Below, in pieces: positions 29,765 through 38,596 of a stretch of DNA of 52,835 nucleotides (positions are counted from its first letter, which is position 1; each line of letters begins with the position of its first letter). The notes under the pieces were generated by a model. The model did no database searches and had not been told where the DNA came from. It was given only the letters and a program-made list of their open reading frames with translations. This stretch comes from an uncultured Bacillota bacterium (GTDB taxonomy: Bacteria; Bacillota; DTU084). Location of the stretch: the NCBI GenBank assembly GCA_937888735.1, contig CALASN010000008.1, forward strand, positions 1 through 52,835, written 5' to 3'. The position numbers and the translations under genes are program-made.

Positions 29765-31711
29765 TCACTCTTGCGTTCCGTCGAATTGCCGCAGATAGGC
29801 CAATTCCCTGGCTGCGTTTTCCAGGGGCTTTTCGCCAAACCATTCTATGGAGACAAAGCCCTTGTAACCAAGTTTGCCCAATTCCCGCAGGAACGGAGCA
29901 TAATCCATGTTCCCCGCCTGAAGCCGGATCCCGTAGCGCAACCCATCGGTTTGCTCGCCGTTTTTCGCGTGGACGTGGACAACATAAGGAGCTAAGATCC
30001 TCAAAGCCGCGACCGGATCCTCTCCCCGATCAAAGAGATTGTGGATATCCAAATTTACCCGGAAATTATCTTCATCCACCTGCCTCACCAAGCGCAGCGT
30101 GGATTTGACCGTATCCGCCAACTGGCCCTGATGGGTTTCCACAGCAAAGCCCACGCCGGCTTGTCTCCCCCACTGGGCAAACTGCTTTAAAGCTTTAACT
30201 GCCTGGACCCACTGCCAATGAGAAGCTTCCTGAGAGCCGGCAGGGCCTGTGAAAACGCGGATCAGCGGGGAACCTATTCTCTTCGCCAGGGCGATGAACT
30301 TTTGACATTCTTCTTTGCTTTGTTCCAATTTTTCTGCTGAGGAGACCAAGTCGAAGTATGGGGAAATCATCGGCGCCTGCAGCTGGTATTTGGCCAAGGC
30401 AGCCTGCAGTTCCGCTGCGGAATGCCCGGCCAGATAATCTGTCAGGTGCTGCCCCCAGATCTCCAGCCCCTGGTAACCTAAAGGGCCTATTTTTTCGATC
30501 ACTTCTTCCAGCGGCAGCTCCCGCATGCCGATGGAGCAGAAGCTGGTCTGAAAGCTGACGGGCAGAAAAGACAGCAGCGCCATTTTGCACTGGCCGGACA
30601 GCGGCGGACAGCCTGGGAGGAAGGTCTTTCCCGGCGCCCTGTGGGCGGCCGCGCAATTTCCCACCAAAAGCACATCCTCTTCGCCCTCCGGCTGCACCTG
30701 CTCCGCAGGCCCCACTACAGCCAGAAGGCGTCCGGGATCCCGGTATTCAGGGCTATGCTGCGCCGCGGTGATGCCGCTGGCAAGCGCCCGCCTGCAGGCT
30801 TTGCATAAACCATGATCGATGATTCGCATCTGGGGCGGCAGATTTGTATATTCCAAAGTCGGCTGCACAAAAGCGATGCCCTCTGCCAAAATCGCTTTAC
30901 TGTCGCCGACGACATCAATTTCTTCATCATGAAGCGGTCCTAAACCGCGGCGCCTTCCCTCGGCCAAATATCCCACCTGGTCCGGATCGAGCCGCATCAG
31001 CTTAGCGGCCACCCTGTCTACTGCCAAAGCGTTGTCGCCCACCAGAACAAGATCCGTGGGCAGAGCCTCACCTTCGGCTGGAAAATTGCCTTGCAGGCTC
31101 CAAATGGCGTCTGTGATCACCAGGTCGCTGGGCCGGAAGGCATTAAGATCTACCACCGAGCCCTCCAGCCCCCACATATGGACCTGGGAAGTGGCTCCCA
31201 AAGACAAGAGCCCCATCAAGTTTTTCATGGCATTGGAAAACAAGGGCAGCGCGTGAGTGCGCAAGCCCGGCATGTTAATAAACACATCGCACTCCTTGAC
31301 GATTTTAGGCATCGGGACGGGGCTTTTTAAACTTTGCGCTCCCGGCAAAGCGAGATGATCATGGGGAAGCTTGCCGAAATTCACCACTTCCGCGTAATCG
31401 TAAATCTCCGGATAAGTTTGGAAATTAACGAAAATGGCATCGCTCAGTTCCCCTATAACCACACGTCCGGCGCCTGAGCGCCTGGCAGCCTTTGCCGCGG
31501 CCAGCACCAAGGCTGGATGAGTGGTCTTGCCCGAAGCTGCTCCGGCTACTATGAACTCATTGGCCTTAATGAGCACCAGATCTCCGGGCTTGATGAATTT
31601 TTCCCAACCGCCTAGAGGCTTCAAGGCCTTTCCCAGAATTTCCTCGTATTTGGCTTCCTCATCTCGCCGGGCAGACCAAATGCCCACAGTTGTCTTCATT
31701 TTATTTCTCAT
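29765..31711 (-). CDS. DUF362 Fe-S protein fused to a xylose-isomerase-like TIM barrel (sugar-phosphate isomerase/epimerase)
   Basis: IKPGDLVLIKAN, TTHP, INMPGLRTH, AMKNLMG, CxxC, GNC, PGCPP; C-terminal AVETH, LDIHN, HVHAKN, VSIEW metal ligands. Confidence 0.8.
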   Translation of the reverse strand: MRNKMKTTVGIWSARRDEEAKYEEILGKALKPLGGWEKFIKPGDLVLIKANEFIVAGAASGKTTHPALVLAAAKAARRSGAGRVVIGELSDAIFVNFQTYPEIYDYAEVVNFGKLPHDHLALPGAQSLKSPVPMPKIVKECDVFINMPGLRTHALPLFSNAMKNLMGLLSLGATSQVHMWGLEGSVVDLNAFRPSDLVITDAIWSLQGNFPAEGEALPTDLVLVGDNALAVDRVAAKLMRLDPDQVGYLAEGRRRGLGPLHDEEIDVVGDSKAILAEGIAFVQPTLEYTNLPPQMRIIDHGLCKACRRALASGITAAQHSPEYRDPGRLLAVVGPAEQVQPEGEEDVLLVGNCAAAHRAPGKTFLPGCPPLSGQCKMALLSFLPVSFQTSFCSIGMRELPLEEVIEKIGPLGYQGLEIWGQHLTDYLAGHSAAELQAALAKYQLQAPMISPYFDLVSSAEKLEQSKEECQKFIALAKRIGSPLIRVFTGPAGSQEASHWQWVQAVKALKQFAQWGRQAGVGFAVETHQGQLADTVKSTLRLVRQVDEDNFRVNLDIHNLFDRGEDPVAALRILAPYVVHVHAKNGEQTDGLRYGIRLQAGNMDYAPFLRELGKLGYKGFVSIEWFGEKPLENAARELAYLRQFDGTQE

Positions 31712-33479
31712 CCTCCTTTGGCTTTCGCCACTTAATCCAACTGGCGTTGAGAGCCGGTCCGCTGAGGCAAACAGAGCGCTGATACTCCGGATCCGTTGGC
31801 ATAGCCTCTCCGTCCGCTTCCGTAAAATATAGATGCGGTCCCCGGCTCTCTTTGCGCAGCGCCTGCGCCTTCACAACCGCCCTGGCCACCAGAACAGCCG
31901 CTTTCGCTTCCAGCACCCGATCCCAGCTCTCCCTGGCGGGAACGGGCTCAAGCTTTGCCAGCTCCTCAAGTTCCTGTGCCGCAACCTTTAGGCCTTCCGG
32001 CCAGCGGATCACAGCGGCGTAGCGATCCATAAGCCCGCGGACGTGCGTCAGAATCTCTCCGGCCGCAGTCCCGCGATCCTTTTGCAACTTTGGTTCCTGC
32101 GGGTGGTTCCTATCCAGCCGAAACGGCACTTGAGCTGCGCGCTCGCCCGCAATGCGACCGAACACCTGGGCGTCCATCAGGGCGTTGCCGCCTGGCCTGT
32201 TGGCTCCGTGCTGGCCGCCGGCCGCCTCTCCTGCCGCAAAGAGCCCTGGCAGTTTGGTTTCGGCTCCGGCATCGATCCACACTCCTCCCTGAAAGTGCTG
32301 GACTGAAGGATGGATCTCCAAGCGCTCTCCTGCTTCCAGCCGCACTCCACGCTCAGCCAACCACTGGACTACCGGCTGGTTGATTTCTCTGAGCCTGGCG
32401 AGGGGACTGAATTTACGCTCCTGTCCTAAATCCTGCCGTCTCTCCGCTTTATATAATGAGACCAGCCTCTGGGGCAAGCTTTCCCAAGCGAAGTTCCGGG
32501 GATTGGCGCTGAAGTCCAAATAAACCTTGCCTCCGGCTTCAAGCTCTCTGGCCACCAAGAGATCGATTTTGTGAGTAGGGTTTTCGTAAGAAAGGGGCCA
32601 GCTGGCGCCCTTGTCAAAGACAAGCTCCGGCCAAGAGCCGGGCAAAGCCAGCTCTTCTCCTTTATCATTGACAAAGCGAGGCATGGCGCGCATGATGCTG
32701 CCGGAGCAGGCCAAGCTCGTCTTAGGCGAGCAGAGGGCAATCTGCAAGAACTCTATATTCACCACGCTGGCGCCGGCTGCTAAGGCCATGGCATAGCCGT
32801 CGCCTACGGCGCCAGGGGGAAAGACATTGTGACCGTAGATCCCCCCTGCGCCTCCGGTGGCCAGCACCACGGAACGAGCTCCGAGAAACACCAAGTGTCT
32901 CGCAGGATCCTCAGTTCCCGGCAGCCCTTCGGGCAACGCCCAAACGCCGACTACCCTGCCGCCGGAGACCGCCAGCTGAAAAACGTAATGTTCCTCTAAA
33001 ACCGGCAGGGCAAGTTCCCTGACTTTTGCGCAGAGCGCCTGGGAAATGTGATTGGCAGTGTATGGTCCAGTGTAGCAAGCCCTGGGATAGTCCGAGCCGT
33101 CTGTGATAAACTGAGCCAGCCTGCCGGCGCTGTCAAGGGTAAAGGGCACTCCCCACCGCTGTAGCTCTTGGGCTGCTCTGCCGCTGTTTTTGGCCAAAAT
33201 CTCCGCGAGCTTTGGATCTGAAACGCAGCCGCCCAAGCGGTAGATATCTGCCGCGTGATAACGCCAGTTGTCGTCGCCGCCGGGAAGGGTATAGGGCAAA
33301 GTGGCGTGAAAGGCCATCCTGTCCGAACAAGCTGTGGCTGTGACTCCGCTTTTTCCCAGCTTGCCGCGGGTTACGATTTGTACTCTCAGCTGCGGATCTG
33401 TATCATGTGCGGCGATGGCCGCGCGCAGCGCGGCGCCTCCGGCGCCGACTACCAGCACGTCGCAGGCGAGCTGCCTCAT
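31701..33479 (-). CDS. FAD-binding oxidoreductase of the SdhA/FrdA/NadB flavoprotein superfamily
   Basis: DVLVVGAGGAA, VLATGG, GDGYAMA, HFQGG, LFAAGE, HGANRPGGNAL, RKESRGPH. Confidence 0.88.
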   Translation of the reverse strand: MRQLACDVLVVGAGGAALRAAIAAHDTDPQLRVQIVTRGKLGKSGVTATACSDRMAFHATLPYTLPGGDDNWRYHAADIYRLGGCVSDPKLAEILAKNSGRAAQELQRWGVPFTLDSAGRLAQFITDGSDYPRACYTGPYTANHISQALCAKVRELALPVLEEHYVFQLAVSGGRVVGVWALPEGLPGTEDPARHLVFLGARSVVLATGGAGGIYGHNVFPPGAVGDGYAMALAAGASVVNIEFLQIALCSPKTSLACSGSIMRAMPRFVNDKGEELALPGSWPELVFDKGASWPLSYENPTHKIDLLVARELEAGGKVYLDFSANPRNFAWESLPQRLVSLYKAERRQDLGQERKFSPLARLREINQPVVQWLAERGVRLEAGERLEIHPSVQHFQGGVWIDAGAETKLPGLFAAGEAAGGQHGANRPGGNALMDAQVFGRIAGERAAQVPFRLDRNHPQEPKLQKDRGTAAGEILTHVRGLMDRYAAVIRWPEGLKVAAQELEELAKLEPVPARESWDRVLEAKAAVLVARAVVKAQALRKESRGPHLYFTEADGEAMPTDPEYQRSVCLSGPALNASWIKWRKPKEDEK

Positions 33480-34630
33480 GAGCGCTCACCCAAAGACGCA
33501 AAGGAAATGGCGTTCGCCGGACATACTTCCCGGCAGAGTCCGCAGCCATGGCACGAGAAGATCCTGGCTTTGCCGCTGTCCAGTCTGACGGCGTCGTAAA
33601 TACAGACTCGCCGGCAGAGTCCGCAGCCCGTGCACTTTTCCGGCTCTACCGCAGCCACGATTTCCTGGGTCCTGTCCACTTCTTCCATGGTCTTAATCTT
33701 CCCCAGCTTACCGCGGAATTGCGTCAAGTTGGCAAAACCTTTCCGCTCCAGATACGCTTCCAGTTCCCGGCTGATTCTACAGACAGCGCCGTAGCCTTCG
33801 GCTACGATGACTGAACAAAGCTGAACCGTAGTGGCTCCTGCCAGCAGATATTTGGCAGCGTCCGCTCCCGTCCAGACGCCGCCGCTGGCGCTGATGGGAA
33901 TTTTCACTGCCGGCGCAATCTGGCTGAGCCAGCGCAGGTTGTAATAAATGGACCAGGGACCGCCATGACCGGCGTAGCCGCCGTGCATAATGGGCCGGAA
34001 GCTCTCCAAATCGATCTCCAGTCCTGTGAACCTGTTAAAGCAGACCATTCCCGAGGCACCTTGCTTTTCCACAGCCACTGCCAGCGCCAAAGGGCTGGAA
34101 ACCTGGGGCGTCAATTTGGGGACGATGGGAATGGAGACCAAGCTTCGAACAAAGGCCGTGGCCTTGGCCAGTTCTGTCACCAGATCCATGCCTGACATCA
34201 AGTGCACCCCGTGCGGGCAGGAAAGGTTCAACTCAACAGCATCCGCGCCGGCGGCTTCCACAGCTTGAGCAGCTTCGCGCCAGCCCTGTTCTGTAAAGCA
34301 ATTAACGCTGGCGATCACAGGAATGGACAATTTGGCTTTTGCATCAGCCACCAGCCTCGCGTAGCCGGCGAGATCCCGCTCGCTTGCCTGCTCATAAGAA
34401 TAAAGGCTGGCGGCGCGGATCTTGCCGTGTCCGGACTTCAAAAGCGCGAAGTGCGGGGCCGGAGAGATACGGCAGATGCTCTTCTGGAAATAACTCTTCA
34501 GCACCACCGCTGCGATTCCGCTTTCCTCCGCCTTTTGCAGCATAGACATGCTGCCTGTGATTCCAGCCGCAGCGGCCAGAAAGGGATTCTTTAATTTTAG
34601 ACCTACATATTCCGTGCTCAGATCAACCAT
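33476..34630 (-). CDS. Dihydroorotate/dihydropyrimidine dehydrogenase (PreA-like) FMN protein with C-terminal 2x[4Fe-4S] domain
   Basis: LKLKNPF, ELNLSCPH, KLTP, SASGGV, LLAGATTVQ; CTGCGLC..VC and CHGCGLC..VCP. Confidence 0.85.
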   Translation of the reverse strand: MVDLSTEYVGLKLKNPFLAAAAGITGSMSMLQKAEESGIAAVVLKSYFQKSICRISPAPHFALLKSGHGKIRAASLYSYEQASERDLAGYARLVADAKAKLSIPVIASVNCFTEQGWREAAQAVEAAGADAVELNLSCPHGVHLMSGMDLVTELAKATAFVRSLVSIPIVPKLTPQVSSPLALAVAVEKQGASGMVCFNRFTGLEIDLESFRPIMHGGYAGHGGPWSIYYNLRWLSQIAPAVKIPISASGGVWTGADAAKYLLAGATTVQLCSVIVAEGYGAVCRISRELEAYLERKGFANLTQFRGKLGKIKTMEEVDRTQEIVAAVEPEKCTGCGLCRRVCIYDAVRLDSGKARIFSCHGCGLCREVCPANAISFASLGERS

Positions 34631-34634
34631 TAAA

Positions 34635-35648
34635 TTAGCCTCCTATTTTACCCATTGATTCCCGGCGCACAAGCTCCGTGGGCAGAAGAATCTGCCTGGC
34701 TTCCGGTTCGCCCCCGGAGAGGAGAGCCAGCATCATCTGGCAAGCCAGCTGCCCCATTTTGAAGGCCGGCATTTTCACTGTGGACAGCGGCGGGTCTGTG
34801 TGCAGACAGCTGTGAATATTGTCAAAGCCGCAAAGGGAAAGCTCATTTGGCACCTTGATTTTCAATGTTTTCGCCGCCTTCAGCGCGCCGATGGCCATCA
34901 GATCATTGGCGGCGAAAATGGCCGTAGGCCTCGGCCGGAGGCTCAATAGCTTCAACGCGCACTCAAGGCCGCTTTCTTCATCAAAATTTCCTTCTGTCAA
35001 AAGGTCCGGGCAGATGTCTATGCCTCGCTCGCCCAAAGCATCCAAATAACCTTGCCGCCTAAGCTTGCCGCTTCGCATCTCATTGGGACCGCCGATAAAG
35101 CCAATCCTCCTATGTCCCAAGCGGATCAGCTCCAAGACGGCTTTGCAGGCTCCCTGCCTATTATCCACAGAAACCCAGGTTAGAGACTGATCGTCTATTT
35201 CTCTGTTTATGAACACAACCCTCATGTCTTGATTTTTCAAATGCGGCAAAAGCCGGTCGTCCTCCCTCAGCCCCACGGCCAACACTCCGTCAACTTTTCT
35301 CTCCTGGAGAACATTCGTCTGCTCTCTGCTGGCCGTATACAGCAGCACATCGTAATTCCGCTGAGCCGCGGCTTCAGACGCGCCCATCAAGACATCGGCG
35401 AAAAACGGGTTTTCAAAAAAGGCTTTCCCTCTTTTCAGGGGGACTAGGATGCCGATCGTTCGCAACCGCTGGGTAACTAGACTCCTGGCCACAGAATTGG
35501 GTCGGTAATTATGCTCTTCGATCAGCTTCCAGATCCGCATCCTAGTCTGTGCTCCCACCCCCGGGCTGTTGGTCACAACTCTGGAGACTGTGGAAGGCGC
35601 CACCCCGGCCAGGCGGGCAATATCTTTGATCGTCGCCTGCTTGGTCAT
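34635..35648 (-). CDS. LacI-family transcriptional regulator
   Basis: TIKDIARLAGVAPSTVSRV, YRPNSVARSL, PTAIFAAND; ATGA overlap with the eda stop. Confidence 0.93.
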   Translation of the reverse strand: MTKQATIKDIARLAGVAPSTVSRVVTNSPGVGAQTRMRIWKLIEEHNYRPNSVARSLVTQRLRTIGILVPLKRGKAFFENPFFADVLMGASEAAAQRNYDVLLYTASREQTNVLQERKVDGVLAVGLREDDRLLPHLKNQDMRVVFINREIDDQSLTWVSVDNRQGACKAVLELIRLGHRRIGFIGGPNEMRSGKLRRQGYLDALGERGIDICPDLLTEGNFDEESGLECALKLLSLRPRPTAIFAANDLMAIGALKAAKTLKIKVPNELSLCGFDNIHSCLHTDPPLSTVKMPAFKMGQLACQMMLALLSGGEPEARQILLPTELVRRESMGKIGG

Positions 35649-36295
35649 GCCACTGGCCAACCAGCCTCGGCAGCCGCCTGTACAACCTTCTCCGCTTCCT
35701 CTCTCAGCGCTTTCCAGTCTCCTCTGGTGATGGCGGCCTTGTTCACCAGCGAGCCGCCCATACCAAGTCCTACGGCGCCAGCTTTAACATACTCGCCCAG
35801 ATTAGCGGCGCTGATCCCGCCTGTGGGAATGCAGCGCAATTCGGGAAAAGGTCCCCTGAGAGCTTTCAGATATCCAGGCCCCACCAAAGAAGCGGGGAAA
35901 AGTTTCACTACCCTGGCGCCTGCCCTGACGGCTGCCATCAGTTCGGTGGCCGTGAAGATGCCCGGAATCAGTAAGTGATCGTGCGCCGCGCCGAATTGCA
36001 CAAGCTCCGGGTCAAAGTGGGGACAAAAGCTAAAATCCGCGCCTGCTTGCAAAGCTGCCTCGGCATCTGCAAGCTTGCGCACCGTGCCAGCTCCCACCAG
36101 ATACCCTCTTTTCTGCGCCTTCAGCAGGCCTATTACTTCCCGGGCACGAGGAGACTCAAAAGTAATCTCAAAGCTTGTGAGCCCACCCTGAGACAAAGCG
36201 CTTGCCACATTAAGCGCTTCCTCCTGCGCCTCTCCTCGCATCACAACCGTGATCTTTCTTTTCAAAAGTTCTTCTTCCGCTGCAAGTAATCTCAT
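35645..36295 (-). CDS. eda: KDPG/KHG aldolase
   Basis: EITF, VGAGTV, PGIFTATE, VKLFPA, GPFP, PTGGI. Confidence 0.92.
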   Translation of the reverse strand: MRLLAAEEELLKRKITVVMRGEAQEEALNVASALSQGGLTSFEITFESPRAREVIGLLKAQKRGYLVGAGTVRKLADAEAALQAGADFSFCPHFDPELVQFGAAHDHLLIPGIFTATELMAAVRAGARVVKLFPASLVGPGYLKALRGPFPELRCIPTGGISAANLGEYVKAGAVGLGMGGSLVNKAAITRGDWKALREEAEKVVQAAAEAGWPVA

Positions 36296-37272
36296 CGTTC
36301 CACATCCTCTCTTTGTCCCAGAAAGACGGCCAATTCTTCCGCAGTGGGCAGGCCGTCCAAATCGCCGGGGCGCGAGACCACGAGGCTTGCCACCGCCTGG
36401 CCGTTGTCTATGGCCTGGACCAGTGATTTACCCTGCAATAGCCCGGACAAAAGTCCTGCGGCAAAACCGTCTCCTGCGCCCACAACATCAACGGGCCTCT
36501 CAACTTTATAAGCGGGCAAAAAACGCGGCCGGTCTTTTTCCACCAGCATTGCCCCCGCCTCTCCCATTTTCACCACCGCTGTCTGCGCTCCCAAAGCCAG
36601 CAGATATTCTCCCAACCGCAGGGCCATTTCCTCCGGCAGCCAGCTGTCGTTCCAGCCAAAATCTTCTCCCCACAACAATTTGCCCTCGTCTATGCCTGGC
36701 AAAATCAAATCTGAAAGCGCGGCCAGCTCCGTGAGCACCTTTCGGGCTTCTGACAGAGGCCACAGCTTCAGCCGGAGATTGGGATCAAAGCTGATTTTAA
36801 TCTTCTGGGCTTTAGCTCTGCGGAGCAAAGCAAAAACAGCTTCCCGGCAGCCTTGGCTTAAGGCGGGTGTGATCCCTGTCAGATGCAGGTAATCGATCCC
36901 AGTTAGAAGATCGTCAGGCACTAAATCCGGAACGAGGCGGCTGGCAGCTGAAAACGCCCGGTAATAATAACCGTTGATCTTGTCAGGACGCAGACGCTCT
37001 TTTATGTATAACCCCGTAGGTGCGTCGGCTGCGAATTGCACTTTGTCCACATCCACGCCTTCTCCCCTGAGGAAACGAAAGATCCGTTGCCCAAAAGGAT
37101 CTTTGCCCAGCCTTCCGAACCATCGCACCTGACAGCCGAGCCTGGCCAAACCTACGGCCACATTGACCTCGGCGCCGCCAATTCGGCTGCGAAAGCTATC
37201 GACGGAGGTAAGCGACCCTATCTCTTGAGGATCCATCACTAGAAGCGCTTCCCCCATAGTCAGCAGTTTCAC
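36292..37272 (-). CDS. kdgK: 2-dehydro-3-deoxygluconokinase (PfkB family)
   Basis: GGAEVNVAVGLARLG, HLTGITPALS, FDPNLRLKLW, DVVGAGDGF; adjacent to eda. Confidence 0.9.
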   Translation of the reverse strand: MKLLTMGEALLVMDPQEIGSLTSVDSFRSRIGGAEVNVAVGLARLGCQVRWFGRLGKDPFGQRIFRFLRGEGVDVDKVQFAADAPTGLYIKERLRPDKINGYYYRAFSAASRLVPDLVPDDLLTGIDYLHLTGITPALSQGCREAVFALLRRAKAQKIKISFDPNLRLKLWPLSEARKVLTELAALSDLILPGIDEGKLLWGEDFGWNDSWLPEEMALRLGEYLLALGAQTAVVKMGEAGAMLVEKDRPRFLPAYKVERPVDVVGAGDGFAAGLLSGLLQGKSLVQAIDNGQAVASLVVSRPGDLDGLPTAEELAVFLGQREDVER

Positions 37273-37289
37273 TTTTTCCCCTCCTTAAA

Positions 37290-37301
37290 GCAAACGTTTG
37301 C
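37290..37301. promoter_or_regulatory. LacI-type operator / cre-like palindrome upstream of kdgK
   Basis: Perfect palindrome GCAAACGTTTGC with central CG, immediately 5' of the kdgK RBS. Confidence 0.7.
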
Positions 37302-37377
37302 GTAGACACTTATAGTATTACTTCGCCCTAAGTAAGGTATTTCCTGCTTTAAATTTATTGTTCATTCGGATTTAATC

Positions 37378-37791
37378 CTATTGCAAAATGGAGAAGCAAA
37401 CCCTATGGAACGTGTTGACTGAGGTGAAAACTAAAAAGAGCCTAGCGCGACTGACATATTTACTGGGAAGAGTGGGAATCACGTAATATCTGTCGCTGAT
37501 ATAATTACCAAAGGCTTCTTTTTCGAGCGCTATCTTGATATTCTCTTGACTTCTTGGAGAAATACCTGATAAATCGAGATTTTTGCCGTTCCTATAAAAT
37601 ATTCTCTTGTAGTCACTCCGTGAAGATTTGGATTTATAATTCAGCCACTCTGCATTTATCCCGTTTTGGCCAACTGTAAATCCATAATTATCTGACTTTG
37701 CTCCCCTTTCTTCTAAAGTGATAAAATATACTTCAAAAGAGGATTCAGCATCCTTACTCCCATGATCAAGCAAAAACGGCGCCAGCCCCAC
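37378..37791 (-). CDS. AT-rich hypothetical protein, probably a 5'-truncated remnant
   Basis: 137-aa ORF with no RBS; its start codon overlaps the end of repeat copy 2. Confidence 0.35.
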   Translation of the reverse strand: MGLAPFLLDHGSKDAESSFEVYFITLEERGAKSDNYGFTVGQNGINAEWLNYKSKSSRSDYKRIFYRNGKNLDLSGISPRSQENIKIALEKEAFGNYISDRYYVIPTLPSKYVSRARLFLVFTSVNTFHRVCFSILQ

Positions 37792-37809
37792 AGTTACTTG
37801 ACGCGACCT
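37790..37809 (+). repeat. 20-bp direct repeat, copy 2
   Basis: Identical to 36-55. Confidence 0.85.
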
Positions 37810-38031
37810 TCGGCACGCTACTGGTCAATCGCGAAAGGATCTGCTAAACTGCGTACGTAAACTTTCGCGATTTAGCCTCCTTTCGGTTACTAGTCGTAAC
37901 CTAAGGATAGCATAAAATCGTTTGAAAGAGTTACTTTTTTTCTGTGTGGCGCATGAGAACTTTTGACTTCCAGTAATAAAAAGTGTACTCATACGCAGAC
38001 CACAAGGACACGCCATGCTGGAGATAACTTT

Positions 38032-38433
38032 TCAAAATTCGGGCCGCAGCAGATCGTCTATGGTGGTCGTTTGCAAAACCTTAATCATCTCTTGCTCGGC
38101 TTTCTGCAGAACCCGGCGCAGATAACAGTTATCCGACCGGCCGCAGCTATCCGGCTTCTGGAGGCAATGCCTCACCTGTAGCTCTTTGAAAAAATCGATC
38201 ACATCTGAAACTGCGATCTGATGCGGCTGAACAGCCAGTTTCACGCCGCCGCCCGGGCCCCGGACGGATTCAACCCAGCCCTTCTTCACCAGCGCAGAGA
38301 CGATCTGCGGCATAAAATTAAGAGGGATTTCTTCTTCTTCGGCGATTTGCCGGGATGGGAGCAAACCCTGAGCGCGCTTTTGGGCAAGGTTAGCCAACAG
38401 CCGCAGCGCGTAATCTGTTTTATTGCTGATCAT
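38032..38433 (-). CDS. Rrf2-family regulator with three Cys (IscR/NsrR-like Fe-S ligands)
   Basis: ISNKTDYALR, IAEEEEIP, VESVRGPGGG, C-x6-C-x5-C. Confidence 0.9.
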   Translation of the reverse strand: MISNKTDYALRLLANLAQKRAQGLLPSRQIAEEEEIPLNFMPQIVSALVKKGWVESVRGPGGGVKLAVQPHQIAVSDVIDFFKELQVRHCLQKPDSCGRSDNCYLRRVLQKAEQEMIKVLQTTTIDDLLRPEF

Positions 38434-38468
38434 AACAGCGCTCCTTGTAAATATTATTTTCTCACTGC

Positions 38469-38497
38469 AGTATAAAAGATTTATTTGCAGCTGTCAA
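38469..38497 (-). promoter_or_regulatory. Sigma-A promoter for rrf2
   Basis: TTGACA-17 bp-TATACT on the minus strand. Confidence 0.8.
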
Positions 38498-38563
38498 CGC
38501 GCTATATAAACTATCTGGGAGAGGATGCGGAGCGAACAGTCCTGATAAGATAACTGCGGCCAC

Positions 38564-38596
38564 AAAAAAAGCGTCTGCGGTCTTACCGCAGACGCT
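38564..38596 (-). terminator. Rho-independent terminator after the HD-GYP gene (end of the che operon)
   Basis: AGCGTCTGCGGT-3 nt-ACCGCAGACGCT followed by a T-run on the minus strand. Confidence 0.88.

Noticed and set aside
31701-33479. Calling this gene sdhA, frdA or nadB
   Set aside because: Key His motifs are altered and there are no sdhB/C or nadA/C neighbours
37825-38016. 63-aa minus-strand ORF
   Set aside because: No RBS or recognisable motif; it overlaps promoter-like and palindromic sequence
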